IMG/VR virus record: IMGVR_UViG_3300031949_000004
Coordinates: 1 to 30,223 of that record
Direction: 5' to 3' (one strand)
DNA length: 30,223 nucleotides
Origin: a virus
Shown in pieces: positions 17,353 through 25,879 of the stretch. Numbering within the stretch: position 1 is the first letter of the stretch; the number at the start of each line of letters is the position of its first letter. The notes below the pieces were generated by a model, which was not told where the DNA came from, ran no database searches, and worked only from the letters and a program-made list of their open reading frames with translations. Made by a program: the position numbers and the translations under genes.

Positions 17353-18464
17353 TGGCCAAACGCAAGACCAAGCATAAGATCGTCAAGGTCAAGGCGTATT
17401 GGAATTATACGGCGGCCGGTCGTCGTTATCGTGTTCCTGCTCACAAGAGAACCATCACTGTACGGGTTGTGCCCGTTCTGCCTGCTGCAGTCAAGAAGCT
17501 GCCAGCGCGCAGGGCTCCAGAAAAGAAACCCGTTAAGATTGCTCCTGTCAAGAAGCCTTTGCCCAGGAAACTAAGGGCAGAGGTTGAGAAACCTGTCAAG
17601 AAGCCTGTCAAGAAGCCGACCAAGAAGATCTTTGTCAAGAAGCCGGCTCGGAAGCTCCCAGTCAAGAAGCCTGCCCGAAAGCTTCCCGCCAAGAAGCCTG
17701 CCCGAAAGCTTCCCGCCAAGAAGCCGGTCAGAAAGCTTCCGGTCAAGAAGCCGGCTCGAAAGCTTCCAGCCAAGAAGCCTGTTCCAAAGAAGCCGCTAGG
17801 TCGAAAGCTTCCCCGCCGAAAGCTTCCAGCCAGGAAGCCCATCAGGAAGCCTGTCAAGAAGGCATTACCACGCCGAAAGAAGATCAAGCGGAAGTATCCA
17901 CCCTTCATGCGGCAGGCGTTGGTTGCCGAGAACTTGATCCAAGAGAAGCTGTTTCGCATGTTGGATCACCTCGAAATCACGACCGAGGGGTTGCAGATGA
18001 CCGTGCGTTCGTTCGTTAACGCGGATGCGACTGTGGATGGTGAGCTAAGGATTTCGAACTTGCCTGACGAATGGCGAACCATCGAGGGGCTCCCCGATGT
18101 GATTGCCGCGCTTTCGGTGGCCATCGACGCCATGGGTGCATTCAGCGTCGAGTCCGCCATGGGAGGAAGGTTCTGGGTGTCGTTCGGCCTGCGCTTTGGC
18201 CCGAAGAACCAGGCGGAGATCGAAGAGATGGCCAAGTTCTACAAACGGTTTCGAGGGCTCTTCCAGGTCGGCGCGCACCACGCGATGGCGCACGATACGG
18301 GCGCCATCAAGGCGAATGCTCTGGCGGTGAGGATGTTCATCGAGCGCGTCTGGGCGACGCGTGATTTGCCTCCTGTGCAGATTTTGGTGCGTTTCGTGTG
18401 GACGCCCACGAAGAAGAATCCAGGTCGCGATGCTAGCGAAGTGGGCAGCAAGGATCTGAAATAG
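17352..18464 (+). CDS. Lysine-rich tandem-repeat protein (histone H1 / AlgP-like KKPA repeats) with a C-terminal globular domain
   Basis: ATG at 17352 overlaps the ATPase stop (TGATG). A TTG at 17349 is also possible. About 10 repeats of KKPARKLPA / KKPVRKLPV, then a roughly 190-aa non-repetitive C-terminus. Confidence 0.7.
   Translation: MAKRKTKHKIVKVKAYWNYTAAGRRYRVPAHKRTITVRVVPVLPAAVKKLPARRAPEKKPVKIAPVKKPLPRKLRAEVEKPVKKPVKKPTKKIFVKKPARKLPVKKPARKLPAKKPARKLPAKKPVRKLPVKKPARKLPAKKPVPKKPLGRKLPRRKLPARKPIRKPVKKALPRRKKIKRKYPPFMRQALVAENLIQEKLFRMLDHLEITTEGLQMTVRSFVNADATVDGELRISNLPDEWRTIEGLPDVIAALSVAIDAMGAFSVESAMGGRFWVSFGLRFGPKNQAEIEEMAKFYKRFRGLFQVGAHHAMAHDTGAIKANALAVRMFIERVWATRDLPPVQILVRFVWTPTKKNPGRDASEVGSKDLK
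17590..17870 (+). repeat. 27-bp tandem coding repeats (aagaagcctgcccgaaagcttcccgcc and variants)
   Basis: Exact adjacent copies at 17680-17706 and 17707-17733. Degenerate copies lie on both flanks. The repeats are in-frame and coding, not CRISPR-like. Confidence 0.8.
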
Positions 18465-18474
18465 GAGGACTGAG

Positions 18475-19113
18475 ATGACCATCAAGGAATTCATGCAGAA
18501 GGTGCATGCGACGGCCGTGGCCAAGGGTTGGTGGGAGAAAGATCAGGAGACCGGTCGGCTTAAGGCCCGGAACACCGCCGAGATGCTCGCGCTCATGCAT
18601 AGCGAGGTCGCGGAGGCTCTGGAGATCTATCGGATCCCGAACAAGAAGCTGTCGGATCTGTGGACTTCCAATGGTGGTGTAGCCACGTCGAATCCGCTGA
18701 CACAGGTCGAAGTGGAAGCGCATTGCCAGGTGATGGATCCTGATTTTGCGGGCAAGCCCGAGGGTTTCATGGTCGAGATCGGAGACCTGATGATCCGGAT
18801 TGCCGATACCTGTGAGGCCATGTCGATTCCCCTTGACGTGGTCCTATGCAACACGGACATCTCGCGGCTTAGTTGGGGTCGGAACGTGCTCGATGTTGTT
18901 GTGTCAGAATTGCTTCAGCACATGAATGTGTGCCTGGTGTATGCGTTCAACGCCATCCGGAACGGGCGTGCGGCGGCCGAGTCGTTCGCGGAGATCTTTC
19001 ACACCTGTGCGCACATCGCCACGCTGGCAGGGGTGTCCTTGGAGTACGTGCTGGTCTGGAAGATGAGGTACAACGAGACCCGGTCCTACCGGCACGGCAA
19101 CAAGAAGTGCTAG
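18475..19113 (+). CDS. MazG-like nucleoside triphosphate pyrophosphohydrolase
   Basis: 212 aa. RBS aggagg. Contains LALMHSEVAEALEIYR (EExxE metal-binding motif) and later acidic helices. Confidence 0.65.
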   Translation: MTIKEFMQKVHATAVAKGWWEKDQETGRLKARNTAEMLALMHSEVAEALEIYRIPNKKLSDLWTSNGGVATSNPLTQVEVEAHCQVMDPDFAGKPEGFMVEIGDLMIRIADTCEAMSIPLDVVLCNTDISRLSWGRNVLDVVVSELLQHMNVCLVYAFNAIRNGRAAAESFAEIFHTCAHIATLAGVSLEYVLVWKMRYNETRSYRHGNKKC

Positions 19114-19119
19114 GTCATC

Positions 19120-19350
19120 ATGGCTCGGATGTCGAGTTATGCCCTGGGCGACGATGCTGTGGATGGTGGTTTTCACGTGGCCTGGGTCAAGAAGACGAAG
19201 GTTGGCTTGAAGCTTGTCGATGAGCGGTATGGGAAGAGGTGGAAGAGTCGTGATGCTCTGCTCGGGGCTATGCAGTTGTGGATGTCGGTTCACGCTTTGT
19301 TTGTGAGGGTGGATGGGGATGTGGCAATCTTCGAGCCGAAGGACTACTAG
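19120..19350 (+). CDS. Hypothetical small protein
   Basis: 76-aa ORF with no clear RBS. Confidence 0.3.
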   Translation: MARMSSYALGDDAVDGGFHVAWVKKTKVGLKLVDERYGKRWKSRDALLGAMQLWMSVHALFVRVDGDVAIFEPKDY

Positions 19351-19369
19351 GTGGAGCAATGAGTTGTAG

Positions 19370-19702
19370 TTGGGACACGGCGCTAACCATGAAATGGTGC
19401 TCATGCAGTTTTTGGTTGCTCATGCGAATTCGATAGGCGATTTTCTTCGCGATATCGAGGCTATCGCACATCATTGCGTAGAACTGAAGGTTGGTTTCGT
19501 TCATTTGCCTGTGGAGTTCTTAATCACACACAGCAGGCATCGTCTTCGTCCGATTGATGAGTATGGATGCTTCGACACACCTTGTTCGCGGACGTTTTGG
19601 TGTGAGAGGTGTCAGAAGACAGTGGTTTGTGAAGATCGCGAGCATTCAAACACTCGTTGTCATTACCATTACGTCAACAACATTTCACATCGGTCAGAGT
19701 AG
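19370..19702 (+). CDS. Hypothetical Cys/His-rich small protein (lower GC)
   Basis: 110-aa ORF. C-terminus reads CFDTPCSRTFWCERCQKTVVCEDREHSNTRCHYHY. Locally AT-richer. Confidence 0.3.
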   Translation: MGHGANHEMVLMQFLVAHANSIGDFLRDIEAIAHHCVELKVGFVHLPVEFLITHSRHRLRPIDEYGCFDTPCSRTFWCERCQKTVVCEDREHSNTRCHYHYVNNISHRSE

Positions 19703-19705
19703 TTT

Positions 19706-21817
19706 ATGGCTGAATTTGGTCCTATCACTACCGAACGCCAGTTGAGGAACATCGGTGTGCTCGACCTGGAATGGGTGCCCGGTGAGGTGTTACCCATGCC
19801 CGAGAGCACTATGCTCGAAATTGACGGGATCCGGGCACCGCTCGTCATTAACCTGCCGCCCGTTAAGACGCGAACGGCTCCTTTGCAGCTTCGTTTGGCT
19901 GGTTACTATGATCAGCAGCCGGAGTGCGAGGACGAGGAAGAGCCGGTGATGGTGGAGCGGTATGAGGTCTTCAAGAGTATTGCGGAGCTGGTCGAGTTCA
20001 TGTTCGTGCGCGAGCACCGGGGCATGTGGTTCTTTGCTCATGCGGGCGGGCTCTTCGACATGGAGTTCGTGCTCGACGAGCTACTTAACCAGATCAAGGA
20101 GTCCTTGGCGGCCAAGCGTCAGCGTTCACGGACCGTTTATGGTCCTGATGGGCAAAAGCAGGAGGAGACGATCACGGCTACGGGATCGGAGTCCGATGCC
20201 CCCATGTGGACGATCAAGGCGGCGTTCTCGGGGTCATCGGCGATCATCATCCATGTCAGCAAAGGCAAGAACACCTGGCATTGTGTCGATTCGTATTGGT
20301 TGTTTCGGGACAAGCTCTCGAAGATCGGTGAAAGCATAGGTATCAAGAAGCTCGACGAGGAGAAACGTCGCACGCCCGAGGAGACTCGGAAATACTACGC
20401 CGAGACTCCGCTTTCCACGTTAATTCCTTACAACAAGGTGGATTGCGAGATTTTGTGGAAGGCCATCGCAGCCTTCGAGAAGGAGGTGTTGGGTTTAGGC
20501 GGCCAGCTCCAGCAGACCATCGCCTCGACGGCCATGAACTTGTTCCGGCGTGCCTATCTCAAGCGGACGATCCACACCTCGGAGATCTTGAATCAGATCG
20601 CCGTGAAGAGTTATTTCGCCTCGCGGGTCGAGGTCTTTCAGCGCCATGCCGAGGACTTCTTCATCTACGACATCAACTCGTCGTTTCCGTATTCGATGAC
20701 TTTCCCGTTGCCCGCTGATCTGATCGAGATGGGTACGACCATCCCCGAGGATGATGACGATTCGTGCATCTACTTGGCGGACGCCACGGTCGAGGTGCCC
20801 GAGATGGCGATTCCGCCTTTGCCGTTCCGGACCCAGGAGGATAGTCGCGTGTTCTTCCCGACCGGGCGGTGGCGGTCGTGGTTCACGTCGACCGATTTGC
20901 GGTTGGCGTTCCGTGAGGGTTGCACGATCCATAAGATCCACGAGTGCTACCGGTTCGAGCCGTTCGAGGATTTCGGCAACTATGCTCGCGAGATCTACGC
21001 CATGCGGGTGGCGGCAGACAACCCTTTTCGCAAGCTGCTTTTGAAGTACCTTCTCAATTCCTTGTATGGTAAGGCTGCGGAGTCACTGATGAAGCAGGAG
21101 ATGCTCATCAATCCTGCCGAAGAAGATCTTGACAGAACCCAGCTCCAGATGCTTCAGCCGGGGATCTGGCTGCGCGAGAAGGAAGTTGCAATTGCACACC
21201 GACACGTTGTCGTTTCGTCTGTTATCACAGCATTGTCTCGTCGACATTTGTATGACCATGCTAAAGCTTGCGAAGAACAGAAGAAACCAATATTGTATTG
21301 TGACACGGATAGTGTAGCAACAAAGGCTACGTTGTCGTGTTCAAAGGAGCTTGGCGCCCTGAAGCGTGAGAAGGAAATGGATTGGGCCGAGTTTGTTGCT
21401 CCAAAGATTTATCGTGGTGAGGGTGTCGAGCTAAAGGATGATGGTGGTCGTAAGGCTGTGAAGCTGGCTAAGGCTAAGGGGTTCTCGCTCGGCAAGTTTG
21501 ATAGTCCCATTGACGCCCTGGGTCGTATCATCGATGGGGAGCAGGTGGGCGTCCAGTCCATGGTGCGCATGCGTGAGCTTTATCGGTCGACCACGGAAGA
21601 GCACGCGGAGAGTGCTCCCTATGAGAAGCTCGTGATCAAGGCGCTCACGCAGCGGATGCTCTCGAAGCGATTTTTCTATCCTGATGGTCATACGCGGGCC
21701 TGGACGACCGAGGAGATCTTGTCAGGTGATTTCCAAAGTCAAGGATTCGATTTCGGCGACGACTTCATGAAACAGCTTGACACTACAACGCGAGCCATGC
21801 TGGAGGCGGCGGTATGA
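19706..21817 (+). CDS. Family B DNA polymerase with an N-terminal 3'-5' proofreading exonuclease (compact, probably protein-primed type)
   Basis: Exo I: VLDLEW (about nt 19761). Exo II: FAHAGGLFDMEF. Exo III: YNKVDCEIL. Motif A: DINSSFPYSM (about nt 20669). Motif B: KYLLNSLYGK (about nt 21046). Motif C: YCDTDSV (about nt 21295). KxY: PKIYRG. At 703 aa it is too short for typical RNA-primed PolBs. Confidence 0.85.
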   Translation: MAEFGPITTERQLRNIGVLDLEWVPGEVLPMPESTMLEIDGIRAPLVINLPPVKTRTAPLQLRLAGYYDQQPECEDEEEPVMVERYEVFKSIAELVEFMFVREHRGMWFFAHAGGLFDMEFVLDELLNQIKESLAAKRQRSRTVYGPDGQKQEETITATGSESDAPMWTIKAAFSGSSAIIIHVSKGKNTWHCVDSYWLFRDKLSKIGESIGIKKLDEEKRRTPEETRKYYAETPLSTLIPYNKVDCEILWKAIAAFEKEVLGLGGQLQQTIASTAMNLFRRAYLKRTIHTSEILNQIAVKSYFASRVEVFQRHAEDFFIYDINSSFPYSMTFPLPADLIEMGTTIPEDDDDSCIYLADATVEVPEMAIPPLPFRTQEDSRVFFPTGRWRSWFTSTDLRLAFREGCTIHKIHECYRFEPFEDFGNYAREIYAMRVAADNPFRKLLLKYLLNSLYGKAAESLMKQEMLINPAEEDLDRTQLQMLQPGIWLREKEVAIAHRHVVVSSVITALSRRHLYDHAKACEEQKKPILYCDTDSVATKATLSCSKELGALKREKEMDWAEFVAPKIYRGEGVELKDDGGRKAVKLAKAKGFSLGKFDSPIDALGRIIDGEQVGVQSMVRMRELYRSTTEEHAESAPYEKLVIKALTQRMLSKRFFYPDGHTRAWTTEEILSGDFQSQGFDFGDDFMKQLDTTTRAMLEAAV

Positions 21818-22044
21818 GTGAGCGAAAGTCGTGTCGACTCGATGAGATAATGACGGCTTACGAGCGTCTCGTGATCATGCAGACGCTCGAACGGAATCGT
21901 TGGAACCGCAGCAGAGCGGCCCTGGCGTTGGGGATCTCACGACGAAGGCTCCAGTACAGGATGCGCGCCTTGCATTTCGATCTGGGTGCGATCCCTCGTG
22001 ATGTGCCTGGTCGCCGGAACCGGAAGTTGGATGAGGTGAAGTAG
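21814..22044 (+). CDS. Fis-family helix-turn-helix DNA-binding protein
   Basis: LERNRWNRSRAALALGISRRRLQYRM matches the Fis/NtrC C-terminal HTH (L..N.GN.S.AA..LGISR.TLYRK). ATGA overlap with the polymerase stop. Confidence 0.65.
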   Translation: MSERKSCRLDEIMTAYERLVIMQTLERNRWNRSRAALALGISRRRLQYRMRALHFDLGAIPRDVPGRRNRKLDEVK

Positions 22045-22388
22045 TGGCCCGAGGTGAAGTGGTCCCCAAGTCCGAGATGCGCTACGAGGTTTGGGCCGAG
22101 CGTCTGGAGCGGGAGTTTTCGTTGTTCCTGATCCCTTTCATGGATCCGAAGCTTTCGACCGAGAAGATCAGGATCGTGTCGGCTCGCATGGCCATGTTGG
22201 CGGCGAAGCGCGCCAGGGAAGCGTCCGCGCTTGATGATGATGATGATGATGTGGTGGGTTGCGTCGGGTGCAAGACCGAACTGGTCAGGACTGTTTCGGA
22301 GGTGTTGTGTTTGGGGTGTTTGAGGAAGTACAGGTTGATCTCCGACAGCGATCCAAGGATCCGTGGTCAGTACGAAGAAAAAATTTGA
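22044..22388 (+). CDS. Hypothetical protein
   Basis: 114-aa ORF with a GTG start. A direct repeat gaggtgaagt x2 sits at the start. Has an Asp6 run and CVGC...CLGC. Confidence 0.3.
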   Translation: MARGEVVPKSEMRYEVWAERLEREFSLFLIPFMDPKLSTEKIRIVSARMAMLAAKRAREASALDDDDDDVVGCVGCKTELVRTVSEVLCLGCLRKYRLISDSDPRIRGQYEEKI

Positions 22389-22413
22389 CATGATTGTCGG
22401 GAGAGCTTTAGAT
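22385..22413 (+). promoter_or_regulatory. Candidate sigma70-like promoter: A-tract, then TTGACA, 17 nt, TTAGAT
   Basis: gaagaaaaaatTTGACAtgattgtcgggagagctTTAGATgg. The -35 hexamer is a perfect consensus. It precedes the 22454 gene. Confidence 0.3.
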
Positions 22414-22453
22414 GGATCCGTTTTGTGGGTGTACTGGTCGAAAAGGAGTGCTC

Positions 22454-23443
22454 ATGACCGAGAACGCTGCTGACACCACGGGTACGTCGCTCTTTGAGGA
22501 GCCCGCGCCCGATTCCCTGCCTTCGGTGATGCGTCTGGGTGAAGGTGGTGATTCGGTGCCACCGCCACAAGCCGTACCAGTGCCGACCGAGGATGTGGTC
22601 GCGTGTGCCAAGTCCAAGTGCGCTACCTGCTTCGGAAAGGGCAAGCTGGTCTTCCATGCTCCGGGTGGAACCACGGCGAAGACGAAAGTGTGCGCTTGTG
22701 CGATCCGGCAGTTCATCAAGCTGCATCGTCGCCGGTTGCTCATCGACAAGGTAGGTCGTTTCTTCTATCTTCCAACCACGGAAGTTTCGGAAGCTCCGGA
22801 GATCTCGGCGAAGGTCGCCGAGGAGGCGTCGGCACTTGTGGATGGTCTGTCGGACTACAATCGAGATCGTCTCCGGGGCATGTTCGAGCGGATCGCGCAG
22901 TACGAGGGCGAGCTGGCGGTGTTCGACGAGCGGTATGCCCGCATGGCAGCGCCCATCAAGGATGAGCTGCTGTTCGTGCAGGGAGAGCGCGCGGCCGAGG
23001 CGACGAGGTTGCAGCAGGTTGTGTATCATCATGCTAGCCTGGGAGCGGCCGTGGATGCCCTTGGCTTGGAGATCGAAGATCTGGTTGCCAAGCTTTACGA
23101 GGCAAAGCAACGTAAGCTGGCGCTCGAAGCTGAGGTTGCCACGGATCTGAAGACGATCGAGGATGCTGAGGTTGCCGCGCTGCCTGGTTTGCGTAAGCAG
23201 GCGGGCGTCGAAGAGCGTCTTGCGGGTGTGGCGCGCAAGCGCCAGAAGGCCCGGCGGCCTGCCGAGCAGAAGATCGAATCTTTGCGCAAGCGCATCGCTC
23301 ACCTGGCGGCGATCAACGCGATACCCGAAGCCGTTCTTGCCGAGCTGGCAATCCCGGCGGCTGATGTTCTCGATGTGGCTGACGAAGCCGCCGACGAGAT
23401 CGCCGCCGAGGTTGGCGCGGAAACTGGCGAGATCATCGAGTAG
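22454..23443 (+). CDS. Coiled-coil protein with an N-terminal Cys cluster
   Basis: ATG at 22454 is preceded by aaaggag. The ORF is open from 22412. Contains CAKSKCATCFGKGK...CACAIRQF. A long heptad-like Ala/Glu/Leu-rich C-terminal half. Confidence 0.5.
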   Translation: MTENAADTTGTSLFEEPAPDSLPSVMRLGEGGDSVPPPQAVPVPTEDVVACAKSKCATCFGKGKLVFHAPGGTTAKTKVCACAIRQFIKLHRRRLLIDKVGRFFYLPTTEVSEAPEISAKVAEEASALVDGLSDYNRDRLRGMFERIAQYEGELAVFDERYARMAAPIKDELLFVQGERAAEATRLQQVVYHHASLGAAVDALGLEIEDLVAKLYEAKQRKLALEAEVATDLKTIEDAEVAALPGLRKQAGVEERLAGVARKRQKARRPAEQKIESLRKRIAHLAAINAIPEAVLAELAIPAADVLDVADEAADEIAAEVGAETGEIIE

Positions 23444-23475
23444 TCAGAAACTGTGTCAGTGCTGAGAGGTACGGT

Positions 23476-23874
23476 ATGGCCAAGGTGCTCGATAGAAAAG
23501 ATCGGAAGGTCGCAGATCGCCTGTACGCGCGCTGGCGAGATCACCGGGCCAGTGTTGTAGGGCGCGATAAAAAAGATCGGAAGGTCGTGGATCGTCTGTA
23601 TGCGAGGGTGCTCGAAGCCTCAGATCTCTCGTTGCCGGCCGTGGATCGCCTGTCGCCCGATCTCGTGGAGGCTGTGGCGAAACTCTTGTGGGTCGAACGG
23701 TGGGCCACCAAGGGTGCGAAGAAGGATGCGCGGGGACTCTGGAACAAGCAGGATGATGAGGTCAAAGCGCCCTGGCAAGCCGTGGCCAGGCGAGCTTTGT
23801 CGTTGCTGTTCGGGTTGAAGGTGACGCCTTCAACGGCCAAGGCGCTCTGGATGACGAAGCTGGGGGTGCCATGA
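23476..23874 (+). CDS. Hypothetical protein with a duplicated DRKDRKVADRLYAR module
   Basis: 132 aa. A 33-bp DNA repeat (aaagatcggaaggtcgcagatcgcctgtacgcg / aaagatcggaaggtcgtggatcgtctgtatgcg) is spaced about 72 bp. Confidence 0.45.
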   Translation: MAKVLDRKDRKVADRLYARWRDHRASVVGRDKKDRKVVDRLYARVLEASDLSLPAVDRLSPDLVEAVAKLLWVERWATKGAKKDARGLWNKQDDEVKAPWQAVARRALSLLFGLKVTPSTAKALWMTKLGVP

Positions 23875-24080
23875 GCGTCGGGGCTGATCGCTTCTTGAAT
23901 CGCTTGGGTGTGCTCAATGTGTCGGTGACCGATGCTCTGGAGGCCCTGCGAGATCATCTTGGGCTTTCCTGGCCCGAGTTCGAGACGGCGCTCAGCCGTG
24001 GTGATGTCAAGCGGTTGCTCGACGAGCATGACGCCAAGGTTCGGTTGAACGTGCAGATGTACGGGAGGGTGATGCGATGA
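23871..24080 (+). CDS. Hypothetical small protein
   Basis: 69 aa. ATGA overlaps on both sides. Confidence 0.4.
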   Translation: MSVGADRFLNRLGVLNVSVTDALEALRDHLGLSWPEFETALSRGDVKRLLDEHDAKVRLNVQMYGRVMR

Positions 24081-24742
24081 TCCGCGAGATCTCTGCCTGG
24101 CCGTTGGTTTGGCCGGTGGGCAGGCCCCGCCGACCGGCGACCGAGCGTGAAGCGGCACGTTTCGGGCAGGAGCGAGAGCGCGGAGGTGTCGATGGTTCTC
24201 CGGTTTACCGAGCCCGACAGCCCTTGACCATCGTGGCGGCGCTCGGGCGGCTACGTGCAGAGCTGGGGCGACGGAGCGCCGAGGATGTGGTGATCTCGAC
24301 GAACGTGCCTACGCGCCAGGATGGTTTGCCCTATTCCAGCGTGCGTGAGCCCGACGATCCTGCGGTCGCGGTCTACTTCAGGTGGAAGGGCGAGTTGCAT
24401 TGCATGCCTTGTGACAAGTGGACGCGGGTAGCCGACAACCTGGCGGCCGTGGCGGCGCATCTTGATGCCCTTCGCAGGATCGAACGTTACGCGGTCGGGG
24501 ATATTGCGCAGGCGTTCGCCGGGTACAAGGCGCTGCTGGCTGTGGGAGCCAAGCGTAGCTGGTGGGAGGTGCTTGGTTTCGCCGGTTCGGAGAGAATACC
24601 ATCTTATATCGAGGCCAAGATGCGAGCGCGCGAGTTGCTTGCCGATCTGCATCCCGATCGCGGTGGCAACCATGTCCAGGCCGCCGAGATCAACGCTGCG
24701 CTCGACGAGGCGGAGCAGTACCATGCATCGAGGAATCCATGA
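24077..24742 (+). CDS. Protein with a C-terminal J domain (HPD)
   Basis: C-terminus reads AKMRARELLADLHPDRGGNHVQAAEINAALDEAEQ, the J-domain helix II-III with HPD. The N-terminal 180 aa are unrecognised. Confidence 0.6.
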   Translation: MIREISAWPLVWPVGRPRRPATEREAARFGQERERGGVDGSPVYRARQPLTIVAALGRLRAELGRRSAEDVVISTNVPTRQDGLPYSSVREPDDPAVAVYFRWKGELHCMPCDKWTRVADNLAAVAAHLDALRRIERYAVGDIAQAFAGYKALLAVGAKRSWWEVLGFAGSERIPSYIEAKMRARELLADLHPDRGGNHVQAAEINAALDEAEQYHASRNP

Positions 24743-25161
24743 TCGGGATCTTCTGCTACACGATCCCGTATCCTCGCTACTTGGACAAGGTCACCCGGCG
24801 TGCGGTCGAGGTCGAGAAGTCTTCCGAGGAGCCAGGCAACATCTTGCCTGCCGAGGAGCCGGGGATTTGGTCCGAGGTTATCATGCCCAGGGGCAGCAAG
24901 CTCTTGCGCGTGGATACCGGCCACACCAAGCTAGCGTTCTGGGCGGCGGTTCCGATCGGTGAGACTAGGCTTTGCACGCGCAAATTTCTGCTCTTGATGG
25001 GCGGGGAAGCCATCGACGACGAGAAGTTTCCGACGTTGCTTTATCGGGGGACTGTGCAGATCTACCACGGGGGATTTCTGTGGCATGTCTTCGAGCCCAT
25101 TGATCAGGTGTTGGCCGAGGACAACGCGATTGCCATGATTCGCGTGGAGAAGACGACATGA
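24739..25161 (+). CDS. Hypothetical protein
   Basis: 140 aa. ATGA overlap with both the upstream and downstream genes. Confidence 0.45.
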   Translation: MIGIFCYTIPYPRYLDKVTRRAVEVEKSSEEPGNILPAEEPGIWSEVIMPRGSKLLRVDTGHTKLAFWAAVPIGETRLCTRKFLLLMGGEAIDDEKFPTLLYRGTVQIYHGGFLWHVFEPIDQVLAEDNAIAMIRVEKTT

Positions 25162-25877
25162 TGGACGAGCTTCATATTCGACAGCGTGTTGACAACGGCC
25201 GAGAAACCTGGGACACGCCGACCATGCGGTGGATGCAGACCTACACGGGCAAGGTCATCGATATCGCGAACCCGAAGCCGGAAGACATCGATATCGTGGA
25301 CATCGCGCACGCGCTCGTGCGGTTGTGCCGCTACGGTGGGCATGTGGAGACCTGGTATTCGGTCGCCGGACATTCGTTGGCCATGGCCAAGTTCGCCGAG
25401 ACGCTTTCCGACCAGACCATGTTGGAGTGTCTTTTTCATGATGCCACCGAGGCGTATTTGGGCGACACGATTTCCCCCGTGCGCAAGCTACTTACCGACT
25501 GGACCAGGCGAGTGGTTTCAGAGACAGGGGATCCTGCTGGCAATGGTGTCCTGAGCATGCTGGAGCTTTTGCACGAGCGGTGGCAGAGCGCGATCTGGCA
25601 AAGGTTCGGGTTGTGCGTGATCGGGTCGACGGTGCGCACGCTCGACAAGCTGGCGCTCTTGGCCGAAGTGTCGCTGGTATTCAGGACCGTGTCGCCAGCT
25701 TTCGAGCGCAACGGTTACACGTGCGATCCGAACGAGCCGGCGCTGCACAAGATGCAGGATTTCGTTCGCCCCTATGTGCAGGAGTGCGAACCAGGTGGTT
25801 TTGGGCACAACGAGCTTGAGCTGGAGTTCGTGAATGCCTTCACTCGCTGGGAAGCCTTGCGGAGAAAGGGGCGTTGA
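25158..25877 (+). CDS. HD-domain phosphohydrolase, YfbR-like 5'-deoxynucleotidase
   Basis: SVAGHSLAMAKFAE...CLFHDATEAYLGDTISPVRK matches the H...HD...D pattern of YfbR-type HD hydrolases. Confidence 0.65.
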   Translation: MMDELHIRQRVDNGRETWDTPTMRWMQTYTGKVIDIANPKPEDIDIVDIAHALVRLCRYGGHVETWYSVAGHSLAMAKFAETLSDQTMLECLFHDATEAYLGDTISPVRKLLTDWTRRVVSETGDPAGNGVLSMLELLHERWQSAIWQRFGLCVIGSTVRTLDKLALLAEVSLVFRTVSPAFERNGYTCDPNEPALHKMQDFVRPYVQECEPGGFGHNELELEFVNAFTRWEALRRKGR

Positions 25878-25879
25878 TC

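Noticed and set aside
17590-17870. A regularly spaced short-repeat array that could be taken for a CRISPR array
   Set aside because: The repeats are 27 bp with no unique spacers. They are in-frame within an ORF and encode KKPARKLPA units, so this is a coding low-complexity repeat, not a CRISPR.
19706-21817. Primer-independent PolB (piPolB, pipolin hallmark) hypothesis
   Set aside because: The KxY motif is canonical (PKIYRG), not the KTRG-type substitution seen in piPolBs. A phylogeny is still needed.
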